64,000 bases of DNA from Opitutia bacterium (GTDB lineage: Bacteria > Verrucomicrobiota > Verrucomicrobiia > Opitutales > T3Sed10-336), in the NCBI GenBank assembly GCA_050506795.1, contig JBJHCF010000007.1:1-64000 (forward strand), given 5' to 3'. The notes beneath the pieces are model-generated. The model saw only the letters and a list, made by a program, of their open reading frames with translations. It ran no database searches and was not told the origin of the DNA. Both the position numbers and the translations under genes were made by a program. Position 1 is the first letter of the stretch. Every line of letters begins with the position of its first letter. This document shows, piece by piece, positions 8,001 through 17,865 of the stretch.

Positions 8001-10552
8001 GTCTTGATGTGTTCGTAATGCTCGGCGGCGGATAACCCGTTCGCTTCGATGTAGGCAATGGTTTGGTTATAATGATCGTCGCTCCCCTCCTTGACCGAAT
8101 GGGGGGAACTGGGACGAAACTCCAGGATATCCACCCGGTCCGGGTTGACCCCATAGGTTCGCGCAAGGTAATGCCTGTCGTAGCGTTCCCTGATATTGTG
8201 AATACCCCAATACTGCCCGTTCAGGTACACCACTGAAGGCCGATACGCCTGGGTGTCCATGCGCAGGTGCTTCACCAGGCGCTGCATCATCGCGTCCCGG
8301 AACATGGTTTGGGCATTGTCGTTGCCCGAGTTTCTCAGCAGCAGACGATTGTATTCCTCGTAAGGGGCGTCCGGGAACACCCGATGCGCGAAGCGGCTTT
8401 CGTCATACAGACTGCCCCGTGCGTAAAGCCTGAGTGACTTCTGTGGAAGATTTCGTGTCCAACCTCCGTGAATACGAATTCCCGCTTCCTGGGAGAAGCC
8501 AATCTCACCGTCGGGTTCAAAAAAAGTGACGTGCGCCGGTCTTTCCCACGCGTTTCCCTTCATCATAAAATTCGGGATTCCGGCGACGTCATTACTCCAA
8601 CCGGGAACGTAAATACCGTGATACCCGAACAGGTCCGGCTGCTCTGCGGCGATACTGATAACCGGCATATTGTATCGGTTCGCCACATTGGAATCGACGA
8701 TGTAGGTTTCGGTCGCGGTGGCGGACGGCAAATAACCCTCCTTGAATGCGCGAGCGCGCACCACGTTGGTCGCGCTGCCTTCCCGCGGCAGGTCGGGCAA
8801 CCCGCTAAACAGGGTTTCCCCTCCCAGCGAAGTGACCTCGATATCGCGGAAACGGACCTGGGTTTGCCACGTTCCCACCCCCACCTGACCGGTCATGTTG
8901 GGCGAGGAGGAATCATCGGTGAATGCAAAAATCAACTCGTCGTCGAGCCAGCATTCAAAGGTGTTGCCCTCGGCGCGGATGCGGATGTCGTACCAGACAT
9001 CGGTATCGACACTTCCGCTGGTTCGCATACCCTGGAACACGCTGTGACCGCCGGTTCCGTGCCCCTTTTCCAGGCCGTGGTCGACGTTACCCCATCCGCC
9101 ATAGTTCATCTGATAGTAGTTATCGCCGTCGACGCGGAAGAAAATCAGAAAACCCTCGTTGCCACCCGTCTTGCGAGCCTGGAGTGTCAGTTCGTAGTCT
9201 TCCCACTCGGTATCGCCGAACATCAGGTGGATGGCCTGCGCCAGGGAAGTTTGCACCAGTTCGTCGCCCTCGATATGCCAGTTCTCGTCCAACGGCGGTC
9301 CCTCACTGGTGTCGATGGTCAACGAACCCTCGTACAGAATTGAAGTCCGCGGTTGACCGTCCGGATCTCCTCCGACGTGCGCGGGATCGGGACGGGAGCT
9401 GTCCCGCGTGTAATAGATCTCCACGTCCGGGTCCCCGGTCGAGAGGGTCAACGCGAAGGGACTGGGGTAAAATCCCCCCGCATGGGAAAACTGAGGCGGA
9501 TCCAGAATTCCGGCGTAGCCGACGGCGTCGTTGTTGGATCGTCCGGGCGTCGATCGTTCAAAATAGACCCACTCGCCTCCCCCGTCATCGCTGCGACCGT
9601 AGGAGACATCGGGCGGCAACCGAATCGGCGGCACCGAATCCACAACCGTTCCGTCGGGCGCGGTCAGCTGCACGGCATTGCCGTCCTTGCTGATACTGAA
9701 GTTAGTGTGAAACCTGAGTTCCTCCGCCAGTATTCGGTGGGCGGGAATCGGCTCTTCCATGGTCCCGTCCGGAAGGCGCCAGCGCACGGTGAGGTGGTCT
9801 CCCCCTTCATGTTCCTTCTGCAGGGCGGTTATCAGGTACTTTTCACCGGCCTCGAGAAAAATCGGATCGGACTGCTGTTGGGAAAACTTATTCCACTGAC
9901 GCCAACTCGACCACTGGTCATCCGGAACATAAGCGATAGGGTCGTCATAATCGGCCACCGAGGTGGAGCCAGGCGGATCCAGGTAAAGACGGCCCGCGTC
10001 GTCGCTGGCGATCCAGAAGACGTACTCGCCGGTTTCGGGGGGCACGATATACCCCCGCATCCTAGTCCCGTAGTGGTCGTCGATGTCTCGCGGCGCTTCA
10101 AAATAATCGGTCACAAGGTTCCGGCTATCGGGTCGATCCGGGTAGATCGCGTGGTCGAGGAGCACAGACATAATACGACTTGGAAGACCGCGATAAACTT
10201 CGCGCCAGATACCGGTCAATCTCTCGCCCTGAGCGGGCCGTCGGTCCTTGCCTGAAGTCCAGACCAGCAGGTGTTCGCCCGGACCGAGGGTCCAGTCGGA
10301 GAACACCCATTGAAAGGGGTCTTCCGGGTCGTCGGTCAGGCCGTATCCGGCCAGGTTGATGGCGCTTTCGCCCCGATTGTAGAGTTCAATCCAGTCCTCA
10401 TAATCGCCATCCTCGTCGAAAACCGTGGTGCTGTTGTTACCCGTGAGCTCGTTAATCACCAGGTCGGCTCGCACCGAAAACGGTGTCAGCAGGAGAAGGG
10501 CAAAGCCGAGGACAAAGAGAACGGACGTAGCTGAGATTTTTCGTTCAAACAT
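5096..10552 (-). CDS. Large secreted CotH-kinase family protein (lamin-tail domain split by PA14, FN3-associated/chitobiase-like region, DUF1080-like lectin domain, CotH kinase, C-terminal putative sorting domain)
   Basis: Signal peptide after ATG 10552; LVINE..DEDGDYEDWIELYN (LTD); GEYVFWIASDDAGRLY..QKEHEGGD (PA14); RIHGGWTR..QKSLRLY, YLNGQYWGIHNIRE, NSDWPNNN, WRWLLFDTDFGFG (CotH). Confidence 0.88.
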   Translation of the reverse strand: MFERKISATSVLFVLGFALLLLTPFSVRADLVINELTGNNSTTVFDEDGDYEDWIELYNRGESAINLAGYGLTDDPEDPFQWVFSDWTLGPGEHLLVWTSGKDRRPAQGERLTGIWREVYRGLPSRIMSVLLDHAIYPDRPDSRNLVTDYFEAPRDIDDHYGTRMRGYIVPPETGEYVFWIASDDAGRLYLDPPGSTSVADYDDPIAYVPDDQWSSWRQWNKFSQQQSDPIFLEAGEKYLITALQKEHEGGDHLTVRWRLPDGTMEEPIPAHRILAEELRFHTNFSISKDGNAVQLTAPDGTVVDSVPPIRLPPDVSYGRSDDGGGEWVYFERSTPGRSNNDAVGYAGILDPPQFSHAGGFYPSPFALTLSTGDPDVEIYYTRDSSRPDPAHVGGDPDGQPRTSILYEGSLTIDTSEGPPLDENWHIEGDELVQTSLAQAIHLMFGDTEWEDYELTLQARKTGGNEGFLIFFRVDGDNYYQMNYGGWGNVDHGLEKGHGTGGHSVFQGMRTSGSVDTDVWYDIRIRAEGNTFECWLDDELIFAFTDDSSSPNMTGQVGVGTWQTQVRFRDIEVTSLGGETLFSGLPDLPREGSATNVVRARAFKEGYLPSATATETYIVDSNVANRYNMPVISIAAEQPDLFGYHGIYVPGWSNDVAGIPNFMMKGNAWERPAHVTFFEPDGEIGFSQEAGIRIHGGWTRNLPQKSLRLYARGSLYDESRFAHRVFPDAPYEEYNRLLLRNSGNDNAQTMFRDAMMQRLVKHLRMDTQAYRPSVVYLNGQYWGIHNIRERYDRHYLARTYGVNPDRVDILEFRPSSPHSVKEGSDDHYNQTIAYIEANGLSAAEHYEHIKTRIDIGNFIDYNVAQIFVNNSDWPNNNNDFWRFQAEEYDPFAPHGHDGRWRWLLFDTDFGFGHSRGASYNLLEAVTETSSEWWRGSASTFLLRELLENQEFREEFVNRFADLLNTAFLPERVIGVIDEMQAGLADEIVHHADRWGSPGNWSGHVNNMRNFANQRPAYVWGHLRGKFSLSQNALTLNVSDPDAGFVRVNSVDVDYGTPGVSASAYPWTGSYFQEVPIEVTAQARPGYRFSHWEELTDRTRRLRTVNIDLVENTTLTAVFVEAASPVALHYWHFNELTGGVVSEVPADHSITGTGLITHPGTGEGYMDDTDGTDLNARLGASAGQGLRVRNPSDSRTLQFNLPTTGYEQVRFSYAVRRTPNGARGQAIEYRTVSGQADWTPLQHDAINVTEDYRVLEFDFSGVHAANDNSDFAIRIRFTGVEASGTSGNNRFDNVVLEAVPMEGTVPPVASKLAIESAPAAVQVDRPTFPFVVEALLDNGAVDPTFEEEVTLSRTSGPGELSGTLSSPMEAGRAVFDDVRFGSPGVYTLTVTGGGLESEDTISVQAVLVREEIMPLFIQGDQDAGGDNFDRIPFAFRLRIEGLTPESTYRYGNRIVVPDDPLDQNGAGNAILITGENSDWIRNTDSPRFQPDDHGSRHLTFTADADGTYAGWFVTEPSGNARFTPGGTVFVRLLLNDGDDGQELHHYLTTELPVTVLPFGSGLEEGSGFMGETVSPSRNFVVFYDNEDGEGRPLAAVPVEITGSGTDERYATFYDQIVAVNERHWGIILPNALDQGIRRIEERGLRDGALLNVYRASEAVDGTVSPSHGLDAQSFAVDYLSSAMTYGDWRQMAFPDPADLADPGISGPAADPGRIGIANLLRYAFDLGFGTLSRAGLPRLEIGDDGEATLLFAYPGNRSDIAYVVHASSDQVDWSQSIFDSRVDVPDSIQNGTLRVNTGYTPGEDPHRSFRVKVLFPVQP

Positions 10553-10740
10553 ATTGTAGAATAACAATTTCCCAATCCAGGGACATTCCGTGCGGACATC
10601 AAGAAGCCCCCTCGATTGTCGAGGGAGCATCCGGGACGCCAGGAAGCGCCCAATATATATATCACATCTCGCCGCGCCTATAACGGCTGATCAAACCGAA
10701 ACGGGATTGCCTTGGGTGGGTGGAGTCATTCAGGTCAGGA

Positions 10741-11301
10741 ATGCTTTTTGGAATTTCGGCATTCAGACCACGGTTCGGTTTCCTGATTTCCATCGTTTTC
10801 CTGCTCAGTTCGACCGCTGTACTGATGGCGGAGAGCTCGGTTCGACTCTACGAGGTCGGATTCCGGACCGGCACCGGCATCGGAAAAGACCGTGATTTCC
10901 GGCAAACGGAGCTGTTTTCAACCTTCACAACGCCCTGGGGCCGGACGACTCCATCCGGCACCTTCCGCGCCGACCTGGAAGCACACACCGCCGGCGGTGT
11001 TCTTCGTAATTCCGATGCCACGGCCGTCCTTTTTTACGCGGGACCAAGCCTGCGCCTGTCCGCCCCCGGGTATCCGATCCATCTCACCGCCGGCTCGGCG
11101 CCGACCTACCTGACGCGCAGCCGCTTCGGGGATGTGGACCTCGGACAACGCCTGCAATTCACCAGCAGCGTGTCTGTCACCCTGATGTTGACACCGGAAA
11201 TCGGCCTGCGCTATCGCGCGCAACACATGTCCAACGCCCGTCTGGCCCGGCCCAATCCGGGAATCAACACCCATTCCGCCGGAATTGTCATCGTCTTCTG
11301 A
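10741..11301 (+). CDS. pagL: Acyloxyacyl hydrolase / lipid A 3-O-deacylase PagL-family beta-barrel
   Basis: C-terminal YRAQHMSNARLARPNPGIN catalytic His-Ser motif, LG..LQFTS, terminal Phe, signal peptide. Confidence 0.8.
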   Translation: MLFGISAFRPRFGFLISIVFLLSSTAVLMAESSVRLYEVGFRTGTGIGKDRDFRQTELFSTFTTPWGRTTPSGTFRADLEAHTAGGVLRNSDATAVLFYAGPSLRLSAPGYPIHLTAGSAPTYLTRSRFGDVDLGQRLQFTSSVSVTLMLTPEIGLRYRAQHMSNARLARPNPGINTHSAGIVIVF

Positions 11302-11308
11302 GCTTTCC

Positions 11309-12214
11309 TTAATCCGACCGGTCGCCCGAAAGAAATTCCAGCGCCTTGATCAAGGCGTGATTTCCGTCCCCGCCCAACCCGCGATTGAGCAAGGCCTGGT
11401 AAAGCGAATGCGCCGACTTCGCCGCGAGTAATGGTGCGCCACATGCGTCGGCCGCTTCCAGAGCCAACCGGACGTCCTTTTGTTGCAGTTCGACGGTAAA
11501 TCCAGGTTTCCAGTCATCCGTGAGAATCTGCGGCCCCCGGTGAGTCAGCATCCAAGACCCGGCCGCTCCGCCTTCGATGGCACGCAGAGCTTTTTCCGGA
11601 TCCACTCCGGCGCGGCGGGCGAAAAGGAGCCCCTCGGCCATGGCCAGGGTGTTGCCCACGCCTATGATCTGATTGACAAGCTTGACCACCTGGCCTGACC
11701 CCGAGGGCCCCACATGGGTGATCCTGTCGCCCAAAGCCTCCAGCACCGGCCGACAACGCTCCAGGACCTCCCGGTCGCCGCCGACCATTATGGACAACGT
11801 TCCCTTGATCGCGCCCAAATCCCCTCCGGTCACCGGGGCATCGAGGAGGTCGACCCCTTTCTCGGCGCAGCACCGGGCGAGTTCGCGGGTGAAGGCAGGG
11901 CTGATCGTGCTCATGTCAATGAGCGTGGCTCCGGGGCGCAGGTAGGCCAGCGCCTGACCGTCACCCAGGAGAACGTTCTCCACATCCGGAGTATCGGGCA
12001 GCATGGTGATGAGCACGTCGCAGTTTTCCGCGACACCGCGGGCGGATCCGGGTACCCGGGCGCCGGCCTGTTCCGCCTCAATCCGTTTTCCCTCGCTTCG
12101 ATTATGGGCGTAAACGGTGAAACCCTTTTTCAGGAGATTAAAACACATCGGTTTGCCCATCAGGCCCAGGCCGATGATACCCACGACGGGAAGCGACTTC
12201 CGGTTTTGGCTCAT
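11309..12214 (-). CDS. NAD(P)-dependent beta-hydroxyacid dehydrogenase (3-hydroxyisobutyrate DH / tartronate semialdehyde reductase family)
   Basis: IGLGLMGKPM, DMSTISP, LDAPVTGG, GSGQVVKLVNQ. Confidence 0.92.
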   Translation of the reverse strand: MSQNRKSLPVVGIIGLGLMGKPMCFNLLKKGFTVYAHNRSEGKRIEAEQAGARVPGSARGVAENCDVLITMLPDTPDVENVLLGDGQALAYLRPGATLIDMSTISPAFTRELARCCAEKGVDLLDAPVTGGDLGAIKGTLSIMVGGDREVLERCRPVLEALGDRITHVGPSGSGQVVKLVNQIIGVGNTLAMAEGLLFARRAGVDPEKALRAIEGGAAGSWMLTHRGPQILTDDWKPGFTVELQQKDVRLALEAADACGAPLLAAKSAHSLYQALLNRGLGGDGNHALIKALEFLSGDRSD

Positions 12215-12307
12215 AACAATGGTATCATGAGTTAAAGTGAAGGAATGAAACTTCGACAAAAACCGGGGACACGAGACGACCGCCGGACGACAACCACGGA
12301 CCCGTTT

Positions 12308-12931
12308 TCACTTCGGCGAACTCCGCCGACGGGTGCTCAACTTCTCCGCGCGCAGGATGCTGCTGATGGCGAGAAAATCGCTTTCGCGGTCCCGGCTGAC
12401 AATACAGTAATCGTAATCCACCCAGCGCTCGATTTCTCCGCGGGCGGTGGCGATACGCCGTTCGATTTCCTCGGCACTGTCCTGCCCTCGGGCCTGCAGC
12501 CGTTCCCGAATCACATCCGTTGATTGCGGAGTGACAAAGACCGAAATCACCCGGCCCCGGAGGGCGGGTTCGTCGGCGACGGCACGACGAAAAGTCTCCG
12601 CGCCCTGCACATCGATATTCAGGAGCAGATCGATCCGGCGGGAAAGTTTGTACCGGACTTCCGACTTCAGGCACCCGTAGAGCCGATCATGCACCCGCGC
12701 CCATTCAAAAAAATCCCCCTTCTCGATCCCTTTCTCGAACGCATCCCGGCTCAAAAAATGGTAATCGACGCCGTCCGCCTCCCCCTCCCGCGGGGGGCGC
12801 GTGGTGGCGGTCACGATTCGCTGCAGAGCCGGCGTCTCGGCCAGCATTCGATCGCACAGAGTGGTTTTTCCACTGCCGGCCGGGCCGGAAACGATCATGA
12901 GAAGCGCGGGGCTTTCGGGAATCGGGGTCAT
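12308..12931 (-). CDS. gmk: Guanylate kinase
   Basis: SGPAGSGKTT, TTRPPREGEADGVDYHF, IDVQGA. Confidence 0.95.
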   Translation of the reverse strand: MTPIPESPALLMIVSGPAGSGKTTLCDRMLAETPALQRIVTATTRPPREGEADGVDYHFLSRDAFEKGIEKGDFFEWARVHDRLYGCLKSEVRYKLSRRIDLLLNIDVQGAETFRRAVADEPALRGRVISVFVTPQSTDVIRERLQARGQDSAEEIERRIATARGEIERWVDYDYCIVSRDRESDFLAISSILRAEKLSTRRRSSPK

Positions 12932-12939
12932 CGGCGGGA

Positions 12940-13476
12940 TCAATAGGTGACGGCAATCACGTTCAACAGGGTGCCATAAGCGAAGAAAATCCCCCCGAGG
13001 ATGCGGGTGCGCACTTCGCGGGCAAACAGCCATTCAAAGAAATCCCGCAAGCGGTAAGGCACCACCGCCAAATACAACGCCAGAACGATGCCAACGTACA
13101 CCAGGGCCACCATGAACAGGCGACTTGCCGGCTCCTGCATCCAGGCGGCACTCAATAACACCGCCGCCACCAGGAGGTAGACGATGCAAAAACTGCGCAC
13201 CGCCAGAAACTCGCGGACATAAAAATAGGAGAGGAGTGCAATCAGACCGAATCCGATCATCAGTTCGCCACTGAACGCGCCGAAATCCGCCTCCCCCAAC
13301 TGGGTCACAAGATACAAGAACCAAACCGTGGCAACGCTCATACCGACCAGGGCCGCGCGGCGTGAACGGGGAAACCCTTTCACCACAGCCACCACCGGTT
13401 GTCCGTTCCAGAGCAGCAGGCCTCCGGTCACCACGAGCACCATCCCGGTCAAAAATGTCGCCAGAAACAAATCCAT
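12940..13476 (-). CDS. Conserved hypothetical integral membrane protein
   Basis: About 6 hydrophobic segments, tightly packed between miaB and gmk. Confidence 0.8.
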   Translation of the reverse strand: MDLFLATFLTGMVLVVTGGLLLWNGQPVVAVVKGFPRSRRAALVGMSVATVWFLYLVTQLGEADFGAFSGELMIGFGLIALLSYFYVREFLAVRSFCIVYLLVAAVLLSAAWMQEPASRLFMVALVYVGIVLALYLAVVPYRLRDFFEWLFAREVRTRILGGIFFAYGTLLNVIAVTY

Positions 13477-13483
13477 TGTCCTT

Positions 13484-14878
13484 CTAGTTTGTGATTTCCC
13501 GCATGCCGATTCCGGCGGCTTCCTCCATCCCGACCAACTCGATCGACCCGTACAGGGAACTTACGGTGGCCCGCTCGACCCTCACCGGCACCAACTGCCC
13601 CACCAGCCGTTGGTCGGCTTCGAAAAAAGTCACCCGGTTGCCTCGCGTCCGCCCGGTGTACCCGTTTCCCTTGCGAGCCGGCCCCTCCACCAGGATTTCC
13701 TGGGTCGTCCCGACCAGCGCCTCATTTCGGCGTTGCGAGTGCCGGCTCAAACGATCCAGCAATTCCCGGTTGCGCGCTTCCTTAACTTCGGAAGGCACCT
13801 GGTCCTCCATGTCGGCGGCCGGGGTCCCGGAGCGTTTGCTGTATTTGAAAATGTAAGCCATATCGTACCCGACTTCATCAAAGAGCTCGACCGTCTGCCT
13901 GAAGTCATCGTCCGTCTCCCCGGGGAACCCGACAATAATATCGGTAGAAAAATACATATGGGGAACGCTCCGACGGAGATCATTCACGATCTCGAGGTAT
14001 TTGCGCCGTGAATACGGACGATTCATCAGCCGCAGCATTCGGTCGGACCCTGACTGCAGCGGCAGGTGCACGCACTCGCACAACTTGGGAAGCTCACGAA
14101 AGGCGCGGACCAGGTCGGCGTTGAAGCCTCGGGGGTGCGGAGAGGTGAAGCGGATGCGCTCGATGCCTTCGATTCGGTCCACCCGCTCCAGCAGTTGCAC
14201 AAAAGGGCTTTTGCCGTCCCGCTCCGGAATCTCGCCACGGCCGTAGCTTGTGACGATTTGGCCGAGCAGGGTGACCTCGCGGACTCCGCCGGCGGCCAAA
14301 CCTTCGATTTCCCGAACGATCTCCTCGATGGGCCGCGCCCGTTCGCGCCCACGCGTCTTGGGAACGATACAAAAGGTGCAGGCCATGTTGCAGCCCTGCA
14401 TGATGGAAACGAAAGCGGAAACCCGCTTTCGGTCGGTCAGGTGTTCGCGGATGGTGTTCTGCGAGCCCGCTTCCTCGTCAATGTCGACAATTGACGACGG
14501 GACGGGAATTCCCGTGTCGCGCGGAGCGGTCAGTTGATCCAGATAATCCGGAACGTGGTGAAAGCGCTGGGTGCCGACGATCAGGTCGACGTCCGGCAAA
14601 CGCTCCAGCAGTTCGGCACCCCGGTTCTGCGCCATGCAGCCCATGAAACCGATAACCAGGCTCGGATTCGCCCGTTTTCGCCGGGCGAGGTACCCCATCT
14701 TTCCGATCGCCTTTTGCTCGGCCTGATCCCGTACGCTGCAGGTGTTGAGCAGAACGACATCGGCTTCGTCCTCCCGGTCGACAATACGGTAGCCACGAGC
14801 CACGAGTTGGGAGGCTACGGCCTCCGAATCCCGCTCGTTCATTTGACAACCGTAGGTCTTGATATACACCCGATTCAT
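13484..14878 (-). CDS. miaB: tRNA-2-methylthio-N6-dimethylallyladenosine synthase
   Basis: TYGCQMNERDSE, NTCSVR, CNMACTFC radical-SAM motif, TRAM C-terminus. Confidence 0.97.
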   Translation of the reverse strand: MNRVYIKTYGCQMNERDSEAVASQLVARGYRIVDREDEADVVLLNTCSVRDQAEQKAIGKMGYLARRKRANPSLVIGFMGCMAQNRGAELLERLPDVDLIVGTQRFHHVPDYLDQLTAPRDTGIPVPSSIVDIDEEAGSQNTIREHLTDRKRVSAFVSIMQGCNMACTFCIVPKTRGRERARPIEEIVREIEGLAAGGVREVTLLGQIVTSYGRGEIPERDGKSPFVQLLERVDRIEGIERIRFTSPHPRGFNADLVRAFRELPKLCECVHLPLQSGSDRMLRLMNRPYSRRKYLEIVNDLRRSVPHMYFSTDIIVGFPGETDDDFRQTVELFDEVGYDMAYIFKYSKRSGTPAADMEDQVPSEVKEARNRELLDRLSRHSQRRNEALVGTTQEILVEGPARKGNGYTGRTRGNRVTFFEADQRLVGQLVPVRVERATVSSLYGSIELVGMEEAAGIGMREITN

Positions 14879-15026
14879 CGGAAAACCTTTGAATGTGACC
14901 CGGCGAGGCTATCGGGTCAAACGGGAAATCGGAGAATCCCGCGCGGAAAAAAACCGTTTCCCGGGAAATTTTCACTGGATTCGGAGCGGGCATTGCCATA
15001 GCCATTTTGATTTGGAGACACGCCAC

Positions 15027-15458
15027 ATGGAACGAGTTACGGAGATGATCCCGGCAGAATCGGCCACCATCCTCCTCGCTGAGGACGACGCCATCGTGCG
15101 CAAGATGGTCATGGATATCCTGACCCTGGGACAGTACGCTGTAATTCCCGCCTGTGATGGAGAGGAAGCCTATAATCTCTTTCTGCAACATGAAGCCGAG
15201 ATCGACATGGTGATCACCGATGTGGTGATGCCGCGCATGAACGGGCGGCAGTTGGGAGAGCGGTGTCGCCTTCGAAACTCGGAAACTCCGATCCTTTACA
15301 TGTCAGGGTACGTGGACAAATGCCTTGATCCGCGGGAAGCGATCAAAGATCGCTCCGATTTCATCGCCAAACCCTTTCGCCCCGCGGAGTTCCTGGGCAG
15401 GGTCGGCAAACTCCTCGGCCGGGAGGACCGCGGCAAAGAGATCCGGGCCGCGTCCTGA
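15027..15458 (+). CDS. Single-domain response regulator (receiver only)
   Basis: ILLAEDD, ITDVVMPRMNG, YMSGY, FIAKPF; GGAGA RBS before ATG 15027. Confidence 0.88.
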   Translation: MERVTEMIPAESATILLAEDDAIVRKMVMDILTLGQYAVIPACDGEEAYNLFLQHEAEIDMVITDVVMPRMNGRQLGERCRLRNSETPILYMSGYVDKCLDPREAIKDRSDFIAKPFRPAEFLGRVGKLLGREDRGKEIRAAS

Positions 15459-15476
15459 TCCCGCCGCTTCCTTTTT

Positions 15477-16709
15477 TTACTCCGTTCGATTGAACGCCAC
15501 GTACGCCTCGGAAAGATCGGTCGCCAGCATCCGAAAGGTTCCCTCGCCCGCATGGAGATTGATGCGGATGGTGAAACGTTTTTCCCGTACAATCGCCTTC
15601 CAGGCGGCGACGTTGTCGGGACAGGGATCCCCTCCCTGCAACGCCGGCACGTCGTTGTAAAAAATGTCCAACACGTCCGGGTCGAACACGGCTCCGGACG
15701 CTCCGGCCGACGACGCCAGGCGCCCCCAGTTGGGGTCCTCTCCGTACCAAGAGCTCTTTACCAGCAATGAGTTTCCAATTTCCCTCGCCACCATTTCGGC
15801 CTCCCCCTCGTTGCGGGCCCCGGTGATCTGCAATTCCACCACTTTGGTGATCTTTTCTCCGTCGGACACAATCTTCTCCGCCAAACGCTCATTGACCAAT
15901 CGCACTGCATCGAGAAACCGGCGGTGCAGTTCGTCGCCGGTTCCGGACAGACTCACCCCAGACCCGCCGCTGGACAGGAAAAGAACAGTGTCGTTGGTGC
16001 TCATGTCGCCATCGACGGTGATCGCGTTGTAGCTTCCCGGAACGGTGCGATCCAGGGCGTCCCGCAAAAGCGTCGGCGGCACCGTCAGGTCCGTGCCGAG
16101 AAAGGCGAGCATAGTGGCCATATTGGGCTCGATCATCCCCGCTCCCTTGGCCATGCCCGCCACGGTGAGAACTCTCCCCTCGTGCTCGAAACGCACGGTT
16201 ACCGTCTTGGGCCGGGTGTCGGAGGTCAGGATGGCCCTCGAGGCATCTTTTCCGCTTCCGGCGCCTTCCGTCACCTGCAGGGCCACCTCACGGATTCCAT
16301 TTTCGATGCGCTCCATGGGCAGGGGCCGGCCGATCCGGCCGGTGGAACAGACCAGAACGCTTCCGGGAGGGGCCCCGATGGCTTTTTCCGCCAACCGCGC
16401 CATCTCCTTGGCGTCGGCCACCCCGCCCGGACCGGTGCAGGCGTTGGCGTTCCCGCTATTGACCAGGATGGCGCGAATGCCCTCCCCGCCCCCTCTTTCC
16501 AGGAGTTCGGTGCAAAGCAGCACGGGCGCCGCTTTGACCACGTTGCGAGTAAACACCCCCGCCGCGGCGCAAGGCTCCTTGGAGGCGATCAACGCCAGGT
16601 CCAGTCTGCCGTCCCCGGTTCCGCGGACATCACAAGCCACTCCGGCGGAAACAAACCCCGGCACATCGCTCAATCCTGCGGAATCCTCTTCGATCTTAAT
16701 GTCGTTCAT
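15477..16709 (-). CDS. argJ: Bifunctional ornithine acetyltransferase / N-acetylglutamate synthase
   Basis: NSGNANACTG, STGRIG, AKGAGMIEPNMATML, DGDMSTND, DPNWGR. Confidence 0.96.
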   Translation of the reverse strand: MNDIKIEEDSAGLSDVPGFVSAGVACDVRGTGDGRLDLALIASKEPCAAAGVFTRNVVKAAPVLLCTELLERGGGEGIRAILVNSGNANACTGPGGVADAKEMARLAEKAIGAPPGSVLVCSTGRIGRPLPMERIENGIREVALQVTEGAGSGKDASRAILTSDTRPKTVTVRFEHEGRVLTVAGMAKGAGMIEPNMATMLAFLGTDLTVPPTLLRDALDRTVPGSYNAITVDGDMSTNDTVLFLSSGGSGVSLSGTGDELHRRFLDAVRLVNERLAEKIVSDGEKITKVVELQITGARNEGEAEMVAREIGNSLLVKSSWYGEDPNWGRLASSAGASGAVFDPDVLDIFYNDVPALQGGDPCPDNVAAWKAIVREKRFTIRINLHAGEGTFRMLATDLSEAYVAFNRTE

Positions 16710-16771
16710 GGCAAACCGTCTTTTGTCCCGCGCCCCGCGCACCCCAGAGCTTCGTCAGTGGATGGCCCGCG

Positions 16772-17800
16772 CTATAGCAAGCCGTCGGTTTCTTCGTACC
16801 CCAACCAGAGATTCATAATCTGAATCGCCTGTCCACTGGCTCCCTTCATCAGGTTGTCCTCGGCGGAAACAATCACAAAATTGTCGGTCCGCTCATCGTA
16901 CACGGCGGAGAGATCAAGACGATTGGTCCCGGTCACCAGGCGGGTATCGGGAGTTTTGCCCGGAGGCAACAAGTGTACGAACGGCCGGCCCTCATAAGCG
17001 CGGCGCCAGCAGGCGTACAAGGCCTCGAGTGAAGTTCCATTGGCGGGGGTCACGATGGTGGTGGCGATGCCCCGCCGCATCGGCGCCAGGTGAGGCACAA
17101 ACTGAACGATCACCGGAGCGCCGGCGGCGGCGCCGAGTTGCTCCTCGATTTCGGACAGGTGACGGTGATGTGGAATTCCGTAGGCCTTGGCGCTCTCCGC
17201 CCGTTCGCAGAAAAGATAGTCCTCCGCCACCTTCCGGCCCGCGCCGCTCACTCCGCTGAAAGAAGCGATGGAAATCTTCCGCCCGGTAAGCAGCTTCTCT
17301 CCGAGCAGAGGCAACAGGGGAAGCAGAATGCTGGTCGGATAACAACCGGGCGCGGCCACCAGGGGAGTCTGTTTCCAGGAATCCACCGGAGTGAACTCCG
17401 GCAGAACATAAACCGACTTTGCCAGCAGTTCGGGAGCGGGATGTTCGCCCCCGTAATAATGCCGGTACACCTCGGGCGAATTCAGGCGGAAGTCGGCGCT
17501 CAGGTCGATAACCTTCCGCCCCGCCGCGACCAGGGGCACGGCGAACGAAGCGGCCACGCCATGCGGCAAGGCCAAAAACCAAAGATCTACCGCGGCATCC
17601 CCCGCCAACGTCTCCGGATCGGAATCGACAAACGTCAGCCCCGAATCCCGTCCCCGCAACTCCGGGATGACCTCGGCCACTCCCTTCCCGGCGTGCTGTC
17701 GCGAGGTGACGCGGGCCAACCGCACACGGGGATGCCCGAGCAGCAGGCGGACCAGCAGCTCGCCGGAGTAGCCCGACGCACCGACGATACCCACGTTCAT
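16772..17800 (-). CDS. argC: N-acetyl-gamma-glutamyl-phosphate reductase
   Basis: GASGYSG, DLSADFRL, PGCYPT, SGVSGAGR, DNLMKGASGQA. Confidence 0.97.
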   Translation of the reverse strand: MNVGIVGASGYSGELLVRLLLGHPRVRLARVTSRQHAGKGVAEVIPELRGRDSGLTFVDSDPETLAGDAAVDLWFLALPHGVAASFAVPLVAAGRKVIDLSADFRLNSPEVYRHYYGGEHPAPELLAKSVYVLPEFTPVDSWKQTPLVAAPGCYPTSILLPLLPLLGEKLLTGRKISIASFSGVSGAGRKVAEDYLFCERAESAKAYGIPHHRHLSEIEEQLGAAAGAPVIVQFVPHLAPMRRGIATTIVTPANGTSLEALYACWRRAYEGRPFVHLLPPGKTPDTRLVTGTNRLDLSAVYDERTDNFVIVSAEDNLMKGASGQAIQIMNLWLGYEETDGLL

Positions 17801-17865
17801 GGCGTTTAAGCGGAACCCGCCTTATCTCAACACGAGAGAAAGGACGCGGCCCCAGAAAAAATCGA

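Noticed and set aside
6065..10255. Long plus-strand ORFs (528, 291, 256, 300 aa)
   Set aside because: Antisense shadows of the CotH gene caused by high-GC codon bias
15027..15458. Orphan receiver as part of a novel signalling system
   Set aside because: Stand-alone receiver domains are common and nothing nearby links it to a pathway
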